From positions 62,936 through 126,935 of the forward strand of contig CAZBEW010000001.1 in the NCBI GenBank assembly GCA_964491115.1: a stretch of DNA of 64,000 bases. The letters run 5' to 3'. A program made the translations under genes and the position numbers. The notes beneath the pieces were generated by a model. It was given only the letters and a program-made list of their open reading frames with translations. It did not search any database and was not told where the DNA came from. This DNA is from an uncultured Pseudomonadales bacterium. Lineage in GTDB: Bacteria; Patescibacteriota; Microgenomatia; UBA1400; PJMF01. Shown one piece after another: positions 48,243 through 56,647 of the stretch. Each line of letters opens with the position of its first letter. Within the stretch, counting starts at the first letter, position 1.

Positions 48243-48950
48243 ATGGCAAAAATTAATCAACTGGAATTTTTAAGTTCCTATTTTGACGACAGTAAAATTA
48301 CTGGCTCCTTAAATGAATTTATTTTAGATGTCGGTATTTTGGTCTTAATTTCATTTTTATTGTCAATAATCTATCAAAAATTTGGCAATTCTCTATCTAA
48401 TCGCAAAAAATTTGCGGCAAATTTTGTTTTATTGTCATTAATTACTATGATGATCATTTCTGTGATTAGATCATCTTTAGCCCTATCTTTAGGTTTGGTT
48501 GGAGCTTTGTCAATTATTAGGTTTCGCTCAGCTATCAAAGAGCCAGAAGAATTAGCATATATTTTTCTAGCGGTATCCTTAGGTTTGGCCTTTGGTGCCG
48601 GTCAGAGAGAAGTAGCAATTGTCTTTTTTGTTTTAATTAGCCTTGTGATTATATTAAGAAGCCTGATCGCGAAAAAGTTTAACTTTTTCAACCTTAAAAC
48701 TGATGAGGTTTTATATTTGAACATTAAGGCTGATGCTAAAATGGATTTAAAAAAGATCAATAATGTTTTGGATCAATACTGTAGCTTTATTGATTTAAAG
48801 CGAGTGGATGAAAAAGATAATCAAGCTGAGTTTTTATTTTTAATTAAGTTGAACTCTTTAGACAAGCTAGTGAGCATGAAAGATGCCCTGCTTTCTCTCG
48901 ATAAAAAAATAGATCTAACTTTGCTCAATGATGAAGGTTTGTTTAATTAA
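48243..48950 (+). CDS. DUF4956 membrane protein
   Basis: SSLALSLGLVGALSIIRFRSAIKEPEE..YIF..VSLGLAFG; soluble C-terminal domain. Confidence 0.9.
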   Translation: MAKINQLEFLSSYFDDSKITGSLNEFILDVGILVLISFLLSIIYQKFGNSLSNRKKFAANFVLLSLITMMIISVIRSSLALSLGLVGALSIIRFRSAIKEPEELAYIFLAVSLGLAFGAGQREVAIVFFVLISLVIILRSLIAKKFNFFNLKTDEVLYLNIKADAKMDLKKINNVLDQYCSFIDLKRVDEKDNQAEFLFLIKLNSLDKLVSMKDALLSLDKKIDLTLLNDEGLFN

Positions 48951-49073
48951 AGAATAAATTTAATTGGCTTGTGATGGCTTTAAATGGCGCTTGTTTCAAA
49001 CTGGCTGTAGCAAAAGGCTTACCCATAGTTCAAATTTTTTGGCGGAGCATGTGAGCCTGGAAACCCAGTGTCC

Positions 49074-49592
49074 CTATAATTTCTTTAAAATTTCTTCAAC
49101 TATTTGTTTTGCTTGTCCATTAATTAGAGATTGTGTCTCTATGGCTAAAAAAGGAATGTTGTTGTCTTTAAGAGATTTCTTAACGAACTGATCTCTAGCT
49201 TTTCTGTTATTCCACAGATGAGTTGAATCGTTCAGTTCAATTACTAATAAAGGTTGTAAATTTTGTTTATCAAATATAACAAAATCAACAAATAATTTAT
49301 TAAGCCATTCAAATTTTCCAGCAAGATCGTTTGATTCTTCTTTAACTTGTAAAAGCGTTGAAAGGTGAAGTTGCGGAAAAACTAAATAATTGCTATTTGA
49401 AGTTAAGTCTTGAAGTATTAAAAAAAGTTCTTTTTCATTAAGAGTTAAAAAATATTTCTTTTTCTTATACGGATTCAGTTCTCCATGGAGATAAAGATTT
49501 TTATTTCTTTCATCTTGTAACTTTAAATACAACAATATTGATGTGAAAGATAAGAAAGCAAATAAGAAAAGGAAATTAATGGTCACACTCAT
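49074..49592 (-). CDS. DUF2726 domain protein
   Basis: TM, LT.NE..LF..L, VFPQ..L..L, VDFVI, IELND.TH, ARD. Confidence 0.88.
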   Translation of the reverse strand: MSVTINFLFLFAFLSFTSILLYLKLQDERNKNLYLHGELNPYKKKKYFLTLNEKELFLILQDLTSNSNYLVFPQLHLSTLLQVKEESNDLAGKFEWLNKLFVDFVIFDKQNLQPLLVIELNDSTHLWNNRKARDQFVKKSLKDNNIPFLAIETQSLINGQAKQIVEEILKKL

Positions 49593-49779
49593 ATAAATAA
49601 GTATAGCTTATTTAGATCAAATCTTCATCAAACCAACGTTCCACTGATCACAATAACGACTCTTTTTGATAATCACAGGCTTCAAAACTCACATCTGGCA
49701 AATTTTAAGCAAAAAAAAGCGAGATACATCCATACAATACGGAAAATAGACTGATCTATACAGAAAAAACCAATTCTTG

Positions 49780-49862
49780 CGGAGGTGAAGGGATTCGAAC
49801 CCTTGGAGCCGTGAGGCTCACGCTTTCCAAGCGTGTGCAATTGACCGCTATGCGACACCTCC
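49780..49862 (-). tRNA. tRNA-Ser (GGA)
   Basis: GGAGGTG/CACCTCC acceptor, CACGC-TT GGA AA-GCGTG anticodon arm, long variable arm, GGTTCGAATCC; no CCA. Confidence 0.95.
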
Positions 49863-49933
49863 TTAAAACTGTCTTATTATAACGTTTTTTATCGAAGCTA
49901 GAAGTATCAAGCGAGAGCATCGAGCAAATAATT

Positions 49934-51496
49934 CTAGTTAAAAGCCAATCTCTCTTCGACAATCATTGAGCTAAATAGTTTTTCACTTTGTTTAATTGAA
50001 AAACTATTTTGTTTGTCAACAAAGAGTTGTATTATGTGTTCTGGAATGCCATCTGGGGGTTCGTATAGAGTAAAATGGACGCCCGTAGGCTGATTATCTT
50101 CCTCTAACAAACCTCCTCCAAAAATTCCAGTTTGAGACGGACCGATAAATTTTGGGATATAAGCATAGCTTTTGTTACCATACCAACTATATAAATAAGC
50201 CCAAGTTGTATTGTAATCGTAGGGAGAAGTGAGTGAAGAAAAGCTAAATGGTTCAAACGAAGCCGCTTGATATGTGTAATCAATTAGCTCCAGCTGATCT
50301 TTAAGCGTGGTTCCTGTTTTAATTGCTACAGGATGATAACCAGTTTTGTTTGAATATCTTAATTCTTTTATATTTGTTATAAAAAATAGCATTAAAATAG
50401 CAAAAACAATAAATTTACCCATATATAGCTTGTCCTTGATAAACAGTAAAAATAAAGCGGCAAAGATATATAATAAAGGAGCTACACCTATAAAGGTATA
50501 ATAAGAATTTCGATATTGCAAAGTCAATAAAATAACTGGTCCAAGAAAAAACAGTAAAAAGAAAAATCCGTTTTTTTTGCTGAGTTTTTTCCCCACAAAC
50601 CATATTATTCCAAGAAAGAGAAATATCGATAAAAGTGGCATTGTTGGAAAAAATGATTGAGCGATAATTTTTAAATAATTATTAATTGTTCCAATAAATA
50701 TTTCAGACGGAGCTAAACCAACGGAGTTGAATTTAGTAAAAAATGACAGGGGATTAAAAATGCCTCTTACAATTAATTGTAATTGAGTCAAAAGCATAGT
50801 ACTGGTGCTTGCTAAATAAATCAATCCCGAGCTAATTAGTTCTTTTCTGGAAAATTTTAATTTATGACCCTGACGATTGCGAAACCACCAAGCTATTATT
50901 AAGACTCCAAAAAGATAAAGTGCAAAAATAATAGCCTGATGAGACAGACCCAAAAACAATGCTAATAGCCAAGTCTCCTTGGTTTTATTTTGCCAAAAAA
51001 CCCGATACAAATAATAATAAAAGGCGGGAATAGTAATAAGTGCAATCATTGGGTTAGATAGCCACGTGCCTAGTTGTGCACTATCAGTGGAGAAAGTAAA
51101 TAAAAATAAAGTTAAGACAAACACATACTTTGACTTCGACAATTGCCAAGCTAATTCGCCTATTGGTATTAAAGCCAACATGCTAATTACACCCAATAAG
51201 CCAGAAACAATCTGGGGGTTTCCTTCAGCAAACGCATACAGAGGGGCAATTAGATAATAATACAAAACCCCATGATAAACAGCATCATCTGTGCCACTCG
51301 CAGATGGACCCTGAATTTTAATATCTTTCTCATCTATCATTTGTTTAACAATAATTGCATCTCGACCCTGATCAAACCAAAACAACACATTATTATTACT
51401 AATCAGCCAAAAGCGATACAAACTGCCTACTATAAAAAAAATTAAATAAATGGCTATTCGCTGTTTAAATTTATTTGAAAAATTAATTAAAGACAT
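49934..51496 (-). CDS. GT-C fold glycosyltransferase (ArnT/PMT-like)
   Basis: FWFDQGRD, GP..S, YHG.LYYYL..P, W.SNP, many TM helices. Confidence 0.85.
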   Translation of the reverse strand: MSLINFSNKFKQRIAIYLIFFIVGSLYRFWLISNNNVLFWFDQGRDAIIVKQMIDEKDIKIQGPSASGTDDAVYHGVLYYYLIAPLYAFAEGNPQIVSGLLGVISMLALIPIGELAWQLSKSKYVFVLTLFLFTFSTDSAQLGTWLSNPMIALITIPAFYYYLYRVFWQNKTKETWLLALFLGLSHQAIIFALYLFGVLIIAWWFRNRQGHKLKFSRKELISSGLIYLASTSTMLLTQLQLIVRGIFNPLSFFTKFNSVGLAPSEIFIGTINNYLKIIAQSFFPTMPLLSIFLFLGIIWFVGKKLSKKNGFFFLLFFLGPVILLTLQYRNSYYTFIGVAPLLYIFAALFLLFIKDKLYMGKFIVFAILMLFFITNIKELRYSNKTGYHPVAIKTGTTLKDQLELIDYTYQAASFEPFSFSSLTSPYDYNTTWAYLYSWYGNKSYAYIPKFIGPSQTGIFGGGLLEEDNQPTGVHFTLYEPPDGIPEHIIQLFVDKQNSFSIKQSEKLFSSMIVEERLAFN

Positions 51497-51520
51497 AATG
51501 TTACTTTAGCACAATATTAC

Positions 51521-52258
51521 TTAATATTTTTTATTTAAATAAAACTGTCTTTTGTTCTCTGGTAATTTTTCAATGGCATAGCGCAACATGGTCCGAGGCA
51601 TCTGCAAAGTATATTGATTTAAGAAATTAATTAAAACTTTTTCATCACGCTTGCCCACTTCTCTAAGCAACCAACCCACTGCTTTATGAATTAAATCTTC
51701 TTGATCATTAAGTAATATCTTGGCTAATTCTATGGTGGGCAGAAATTCCCCCGCCCTGATAAAAGCAAAAGTCGACAAAACTGCAATGCGCCTTTCCCAA
51801 AGAATTTTAGATTTAGCTAAGTTAATTAATAAACTGGGAACCTTCTGCACAAGTTCATTATTTTTCTCCAATAAATATTGACCAAGAATTTTGTCGGCAG
51901 ATAAATCAACCAAGTCCCAACTATTAACATAAACGCTATGCGCTAAATAAAAATCAACAATTTGTTTTTTGGTCGCTTGAGTTTTTGCGCCTTTAAATAG
52001 CTCCACCAATAATAGCAAAGCGCTTAGGCGAACTTCATGATAGGGATTCACCACTAGCTCTGCCGAGTCTTCAATTTTAACTTGATTTTTATACTGTTTA
52101 ACAATGCTTCGTACTTGTGGAACTGTTATACCTAAAAATAAATCACCTTCGCCATATTCACCCTTTGCAGTTTTAAAAAATCTTTGAGAGTGTTGGGCTT
52201 TTTGCGGATTAGCTGCTTTTTTAAGAGCTGAAATAATTTTATCAGCAATTTTTGCCAT
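51521..52258 (-). CDS. DNA alkylation repair protein (AlkD-like)
   Basis: FFKT.KGEYGEGD.FLG, NSWDLVD, LWERR, DLIHKAVGWLLRE.GK, MPRTMLRYAIE; start moved to MAKIAD. Confidence 0.92.
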   Translation of the reverse strand: MAKIADKIISALKKAANPQKAQHSQRFFKTAKGEYGEGDLFLGITVPQVRSIVKQYKNQVKIEDSAELVVNPYHEVRLSALLLLVELFKGAKTQATKKQIVDFYLAHSVYVNSWDLVDLSADKILGQYLLEKNNELVQKVPSLLINLAKSKILWERRIAVLSTFAFIRAGEFLPTIELAKILLNDQEDLIHKAVGWLLREVGKRDEKVLINFLNQYTLQMPRTMLRYAIEKLPENKRQFYLNKKY

Positions 52259-52274
52259 TTTTTTGCTTTTAAAA

Positions 52275-53081
52275 TTAATATAATAATTCTTTAATTTTTT
52301 TAATATTTTCTTTGACAACCACTTGACCGTTACTTAAAACGTCACCTCGTGTCACAAATCCTGAAAAAGGATTACTGTATTCACCGCTTTCTTTGATATC
52401 GGGGAATAAAACTAGGTCGGCATCTTTTTGTGTATGTTTGGCCAAATGATGCAACATCACCTGAGAAGTTTTTAGAACTGTTTGTAGGGCAGAAATCTTG
52501 TCATTGCTCATGGGAAATTGATTTTTTTGCAAGTTGACTGCTATTACCACTTCTGCACCCATTTGTTTCACCGTTTTAACCGGCACTGGTACAGCTGAAG
52601 CACCATCAATTAAGCGCATCTTGCCCCGCTTGACTGGTTCTAATACAAAAGGCACCGTTATGCTGGCATGAATTGCTTCGCTCAGACTACCTTTTTTCAA
52701 TTCAACAACTTGACCAGTAATCAGATCGCAAGCCATCGCACAAAAAGGAATTTTTAAATCTTCAATGCGACGCCCAGCTAGATAATGAGCAAAAATCTCT
52801 TCCATTTTTTCGCCCTTAAAAATTCCTCTAGCTGGTCGGGGATCAGAAAAAGCGTAAAGTAAACTGCGGTAATTCATGTTTTGGCGAAAAATTTCTTCGA
52901 CCTGATTAATATCAAGTAAAGCACTATACATGCCACCAACTAATGCTCCAGCACTACTGCCAGCTATATAGCTGATTTCAATGTCATTATTAAGCAATTC
53001 TTTAATCACCCCTAAATGAGCTAAAGCGCGCCAGCCGCCACTACCCAGAGCCAAACCCAATTTTTTTTGTTTTTGCTTCAT
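52275..53081 (-). CDS. patatin-like phospholipase (RssA/NTE family)
   Basis: LALGSGG, GSSAG nucleophile elbow, IDGA. Confidence 0.92.
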   Translation of the reverse strand: MKQKQKKLGLALGSGGWRALAHLGVIKELLNNDIEISYIAGSSAGALVGGMYSALLDINQVEEIFRQNMNYRSLLYAFSDPRPARGIFKGEKMEEIFAHYLAGRRIEDLKIPFCAMACDLITGQVVELKKGSLSEAIHASITVPFVLEPVKRGKMRLIDGASAVPVPVKTVKQMGAEVVIAVNLQKNQFPMSNDKISALQTVLKTSQVMLHHLAKHTQKDADLVLFPDIKESGEYSNPFSGFVTRGDVLSNGQVVVKENIKKIKELLY

Positions 53082-53149
53082 GAAGGAAATTATAACTGAA
53101 AAATAAAATTTATCAGCACTTAGGAATTTAACTAGCTTTCATCTACAGC

Positions 53150-53476
53150 TTATTTCATCTCCCCAATAAGCCAATCGTAATATTTTTTGGCGACATGTTG
53201 AACAGGGATTGCCAAAATACAAGGAACATCGTAAGTGTGGATTTTATAAACTTCGTCTTCTAATTTCTGATAATTCTTCTCGATCGTCTTGGCAATTAAG
53301 ACGACTTCTTTACTCTCATCTATTTTCCCTGATTTTGGGGGCCAAAAAAACATCGGCTGCATTTCGGGAAAAATATTCACACAAGCGCAGAGTTTTTTAT
53401 CCATTAAATGCTTGCCAATTTGCTTGGCTTGCTCAACACTCTCGCAGGTGATGTAGACCAATAATATGTCTGTCAT
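53150..53476 (-). CDS. cutA: divalent-cation tolerance protein CutA
   Basis: LCACVNI, FFW, E...IAKT, HTYDVPCI, YYDWL. Confidence 0.92.
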   Translation of the reverse strand: MTDILLVYITCESVEQAKQIGKHLMDKKLCACVNIFPEMQPMFFWPPKSGKIDESKEVVLIAKTIEKNYQKLEDEVYKIHTYDVPCILAIPVQHVAKKYYDWLIGEMK

Positions 53477-53483
53477 AGTATCC

Positions 53484-53978
53484 TTAATTCAAGAATTTTC
53501 CTTTTGAGTCAATTACCCTAATTAAACTTTTTACACTCTTTTCTTCTATCTTTCTTTTAATTCTCTTTTCACCTTCATCAGAATAAAAAGAAAGTGTTAC
53601 AGATTCAGCATTTTTTTCTAAAAAACTAAAAAGCTCATCTATTAATTTATGTGAATATCCCTTTCCTTGATATTTTGGATCAATGGATATAAACATTAGC
53701 CAAAAATTTTTATCACTCTTTGGATCTTTTTTAAGTTCGGAGAGTCCAACTATTTTTTTATTTAATTCTAATATAGAAAAGTAACTTGAGTTTGGGTCAT
53801 TAACTAATTCTCCTAAATCCAAATACTTGAATACATCATCTTTGTCTGTACTTAAAAATTGTTCATCTTGAGGTAATGAATTCCCTTGATATATACGTTC
53901 AATCAAATCAACACCAGATATCGTAGTTGTTCTTACATTATTAATCTCTAGCTCATTTGCTAAAAATTTTTCTAACAT
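53484..53978 (-). CDS. GNAT-family N-acetyltransferase
   Basis: ISIDPKYQGKGYS acetyl-CoA motif A. Confidence 0.8.
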   Translation of the reverse strand: MLEKFLANELEINNVRTTTISGVDLIERIYQGNSLPQDEQFLSTDKDDVFKYLDLGELVNDPNSSYFSILELNKKIVGLSELKKDPKSDKNFWLMFISIDPKYQGKGYSHKLIDELFSFLEKNAESVTLSFYSDEGEKRIKRKIEEKSVKSLIRVIDSKGKFLN

Positions 53979-54029
53979 ATCTAATCATATAACATTAAAA
54001 ATAGACTTATCTTAAGGTTAAAAATCTTG

Positions 54030-54113
54030 CGGAAGGGGCGGGACTCGAACCCGCGATGCCCAAAAGGGCGTCAGTTTTCGAAACTGATGCAATAGCCACT
54101 ATGCGACCCTTCC
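54030..54113 (-). tRNA. tRNA-Ser (CGA)
   Basis: GGAAGGG/CCCTTCC acceptor, TCAGT-TT CGA AA-ACTGA, long variable arm, GGTTCGAGTCC. Confidence 0.95.
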
Positions 54114-54194
54114 TATTGTAATTCTAACGCGAAAAGCCCAGAAAAACAAAAAAACAAAACAATCTTCTTCGCTCCAGGAAATTTTAGAAAAGGG

Positions 54195-54268
54195 TGCGCC
54201 CAAGGGGATTCGAACCTCTGACCTTTTGTTCCGCAAACAAACGCTCTATCCAACTGAGCTATGGGCGC
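54195..54268 (-). tRNA. tRNA-Arg (GCG)
   Basis: GCGCCCA/TGGGCGC acceptor, TTTGT-TT GCG GA-ACAAA, GGTTCGAATCC. Confidence 0.93.
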
Positions 54269-54291
54269 TGTTCTCAAGTCCCTATTATCTC

Positions 54292-54327
54292 AAAAATCAG
54301 CCCCTAGTTCAATAGGGGCTGATTTTT
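54292..54327 (-). terminator. intrinsic (bidirectional-type) terminator after the peroxiredoxin
   Basis: Perfect 15-bp inverted repeat AAAAATCAGCCCCTA/TAGGGGCTGATTTTT. Confidence 0.85.
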
Positions 54328-54336
54328 CAATTAAAA

Positions 54337-55158
54337 TTATTTTTTTAGCTCTTTTACTTCGGTATGACAAAACCACCAATCAAAACAATCTTTTTGACCG
54401 CGTCTTTTCTCAGCCTCTACCTCATCTTTCGCAGGTGGAATGATAACGTGATCGCCAACTAAATCATTGTTCGGCCAATTAGCTGGCATGGCCACTTTAT
54501 TAGCAGTCGAAAATTGCAAGGCTTTAACGACTCGTAAAATTTCTTCCATGTTACGACCTACTTCTTGAGGGTAATATAGAATTAAACGAATAATTGCCTT
54601 ATCATCAATCACAAAAACAGCTCTCACGGTGTCACTCCCTTTTTTCTCATGAATCATACCTAGTGATTTACCAACTCTACCCATGCTGTCGGCAATAATT
54701 GGGAAAGGAATTTTCACGCCTAATTTTTCATTAATCCATTCTGTCCACTTAATGTGAGAAAAAACTTGATCAACGGATAAACCAATTAACTGTGTATTAA
54801 TTTTTTTGAAATCTGGAGCCATTTTAGCAAAAGCGACAAACTCGGTAGTACAAACTGGAGTGAAATCTCCAGGATGACTAAATAAAACTGTCCACTTACC
54901 CATTAAATCTTGAGGAAAGGATAAGCGACCGTGGGTGCTGTGTACCTCAATTTGAGGAAATTTATCACCAATTAGGGGGAAAGAAGAAGTGCTTTGACTG
55001 CAATGCTTGTCGGGACATTGATTAGAACACTTATTTGAGCAGTTGTCGGAGCACTTTTTGGAGCACTGGCTGGGACACTGTTCTGGGCAATTTTCAGAAC
55101 ACTGACAATCTTGGCAAGGACAATCTGGGCAACAATTATTTAATTTTTTTTCTGACAT
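54337..55158 (-). CDS. peroxiredoxin (Prx6/archaeal type) with Cys-rich N-terminal extension
   Basis: [36 protein letters not shown]; SD-like GGAAAGG before the ATG. Confidence 0.93.
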   Translation of the reverse strand: MSEKKLNNCCPDCPCQDCQCSENCPEQCPSQCSKKCSDNCSNKCSNQCPDKHCSQSTSSFPLIGDKFPQIEVHSTHGRLSFPQDLMGKWTVLFSHPGDFTPVCTTEFVAFAKMAPDFKKINTQLIGLSVDQVFSHIKWTEWINEKLGVKIPFPIIADSMGRVGKSLGMIHEKKGSDTVRAVFVIDDKAIIRLILYYPQEVGRNMEEILRVVKALQFSTANKVAMPANWPNNDLVGDHVIIPPAKDEVEAEKRRGQKDCFDWWFCHTEVKELKK

Positions 55159-55296
55159 GTAAACCTTTCCGTTTTAAATACTTAGTCTTTTGAGTTTAAC
55201 AAAAAAAATAAAATAATCAATAAACAAAAAACATTTATTTATCAATCTATAATAAGTTTTAAGAGTAAAAATTTGTTTCTTAATTCAAGTAACCCA

Positions 55297-55364
55297 GTTG
55301 AGTACATTGTTGAGTATATTACTAAGTATCTTGCTGATTACGCTGCTGATTTCTTGCTAAATTT
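55297..55364. repeat. degenerate 12-bp intergenic tandem repeat
   Basis: gttgagtacatt gttgagtatatt actaagtatctt gctgattacgct gctgatttctt gctaaattt. Confidence 0.55.
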
Positions 55365-55392
55365 GCCCCCAACTTATTTATCAAAATTTTGA

Positions 55393-56583
55393 TCAATAAT
55401 ACTTTTTGCCTCGCAGTTTTTCTGGTAAATAACTTTCTAATTTTTTATCTTTTCCCGGTTTATACATTTGATAATCTTTACCATAATTTAAATCTTTCAT
55501 CAATTGAGTTGGCGCATTACGCAGTTTAAGAGGAATTGCTAAACTACCATATTTTTCAACATCATCTAAAGCTGCAAAATAAGCGTCATAGGCTCGCCGA
55601 TCTTTTTTGGCTAAAGCAAGATAAGCCACACCATGGGCTAAACTAATTTGCGCCTCTGGATAACCGATTTTCATTACGGCATCAAAAACTTCGTTGGCTA
55701 CTACCAAAGCAGTTGGTTGAGCCATGCCCACATCTTCACTGGCAAAAATAACCATTCTCCTGGCAATAAATTTTGGATCTTCTCCAGCTTTGACCATTCT
55801 GGCTAAATAATAGAGCGCAGCATCAACATCACTGGCTCTTAAACTTTTAATAAAGGCGCTAATGATGTTGTAGTGCTCTTCTCCTTTTTTATCATAGAGT
55901 ATTTGTTTCGATTGCAGAGCGTTTTTGAGTGAGGATAGTTTTAAATTACCATAGAGGGCATAGGCATTATCAATGATGGTTAAGAGTCGACGCGCATCGC
56001 CATCGGCATAATTCAGTAAAAATTCTTGACTAGCTTGGGCAATTTTTTTAATTTTTAATACTTTTAAAGCTCTGTTGGTAATGGCGATCAGGTCTTCAGC
56101 TGTTAATGGCTGTAAAACAAAAACCCGCATCCTGGATAACAAAGGAGCGATCACTTCAAAAGAAGGATTTTCCGTAGTTGCCCCAATCAAAATTATTTGG
56201 CCACTTTCAACACTGGGTAATAGGAAATCTTGCTGGGCTTTATTAAAGCGATGAATTTCATCTAAAAAGAGGACTGGAGCCTGATAAGACTCTAGTAAAC
56301 TTTTTTGTTCTTTACTTTGATCAAGCACTTTTTTAACATCAGCTTTGCTTGCTGACACTGCCGACAATTCAATAAATGAGCGACCAGTTTCTCGGGCAAT
56401 AATTTTGGCTAAAGTCGTTTTTCCCACTCCTGGAGGTCCCCAAAAAATTAAGGAAAAGGGCGAGCCCATGGCAATCATCGTACTTAAGGGCTTGCCTTCA
56501 CCAACTAGTTGGCTTTGACCAACAAATTCTGCTAAATTTTTGGGACGCAGTAGGGAAGCTAAAGGTTCATTAAAATCAGACAC
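55393..56583 (-). CDS. rarA: replication-associated recombination protein A
   Basis: PLA..LRP, WGPPGVGKTT, DEIHRFNKAQQD, GATTENPSF, ISAFIKS.R.SD. Confidence 0.96.
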   Translation of the reverse strand: MSDFNEPLASLLRPKNLAEFVGQSQLVGEGKPLSTMIAMGSPFSLIFWGPPGVGKTTLAKIIARETGRSFIELSAVSASKADVKKVLDQSKEQKSLLESYQAPVLFLDEIHRFNKAQQDFLLPSVESGQIILIGATTENPSFEVIAPLLSRMRVFVLQPLTAEDLIAITNRALKVLKIKKIAQASQEFLLNYADGDARRLLTIIDNAYALYGNLKLSSLKNALQSKQILYDKKGEEHYNIISAFIKSLRASDVDAALYYLARMVKAGEDPKFIARRMVIFASEDVGMAQPTALVVANEVFDAVMKIGYPEAQISLAHGVAYLALAKKDRRAYDAYFAALDDVEKYGSLAIPLKLRNAPTQLMKDLNYGKDYQMYKPGKDKKLESYLPEKLRGKKYY

Positions 56584-56647
56584 AAGCCTATTCTAACACT
56601 CATTTTCAACAATTGGCTGAAACAAGCAAATTTTTGCTTGACTATTA

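Noticed and set aside
48964-49191. 75-aa + strand ORF
   Set aside because: Overlaps DUF2726 antisense; no recognisable features
49756-49962. 68-aa ORF (and 54261..54443)
   Set aside because: They overlap tRNA genes, or the terminator and peroxiredoxin end
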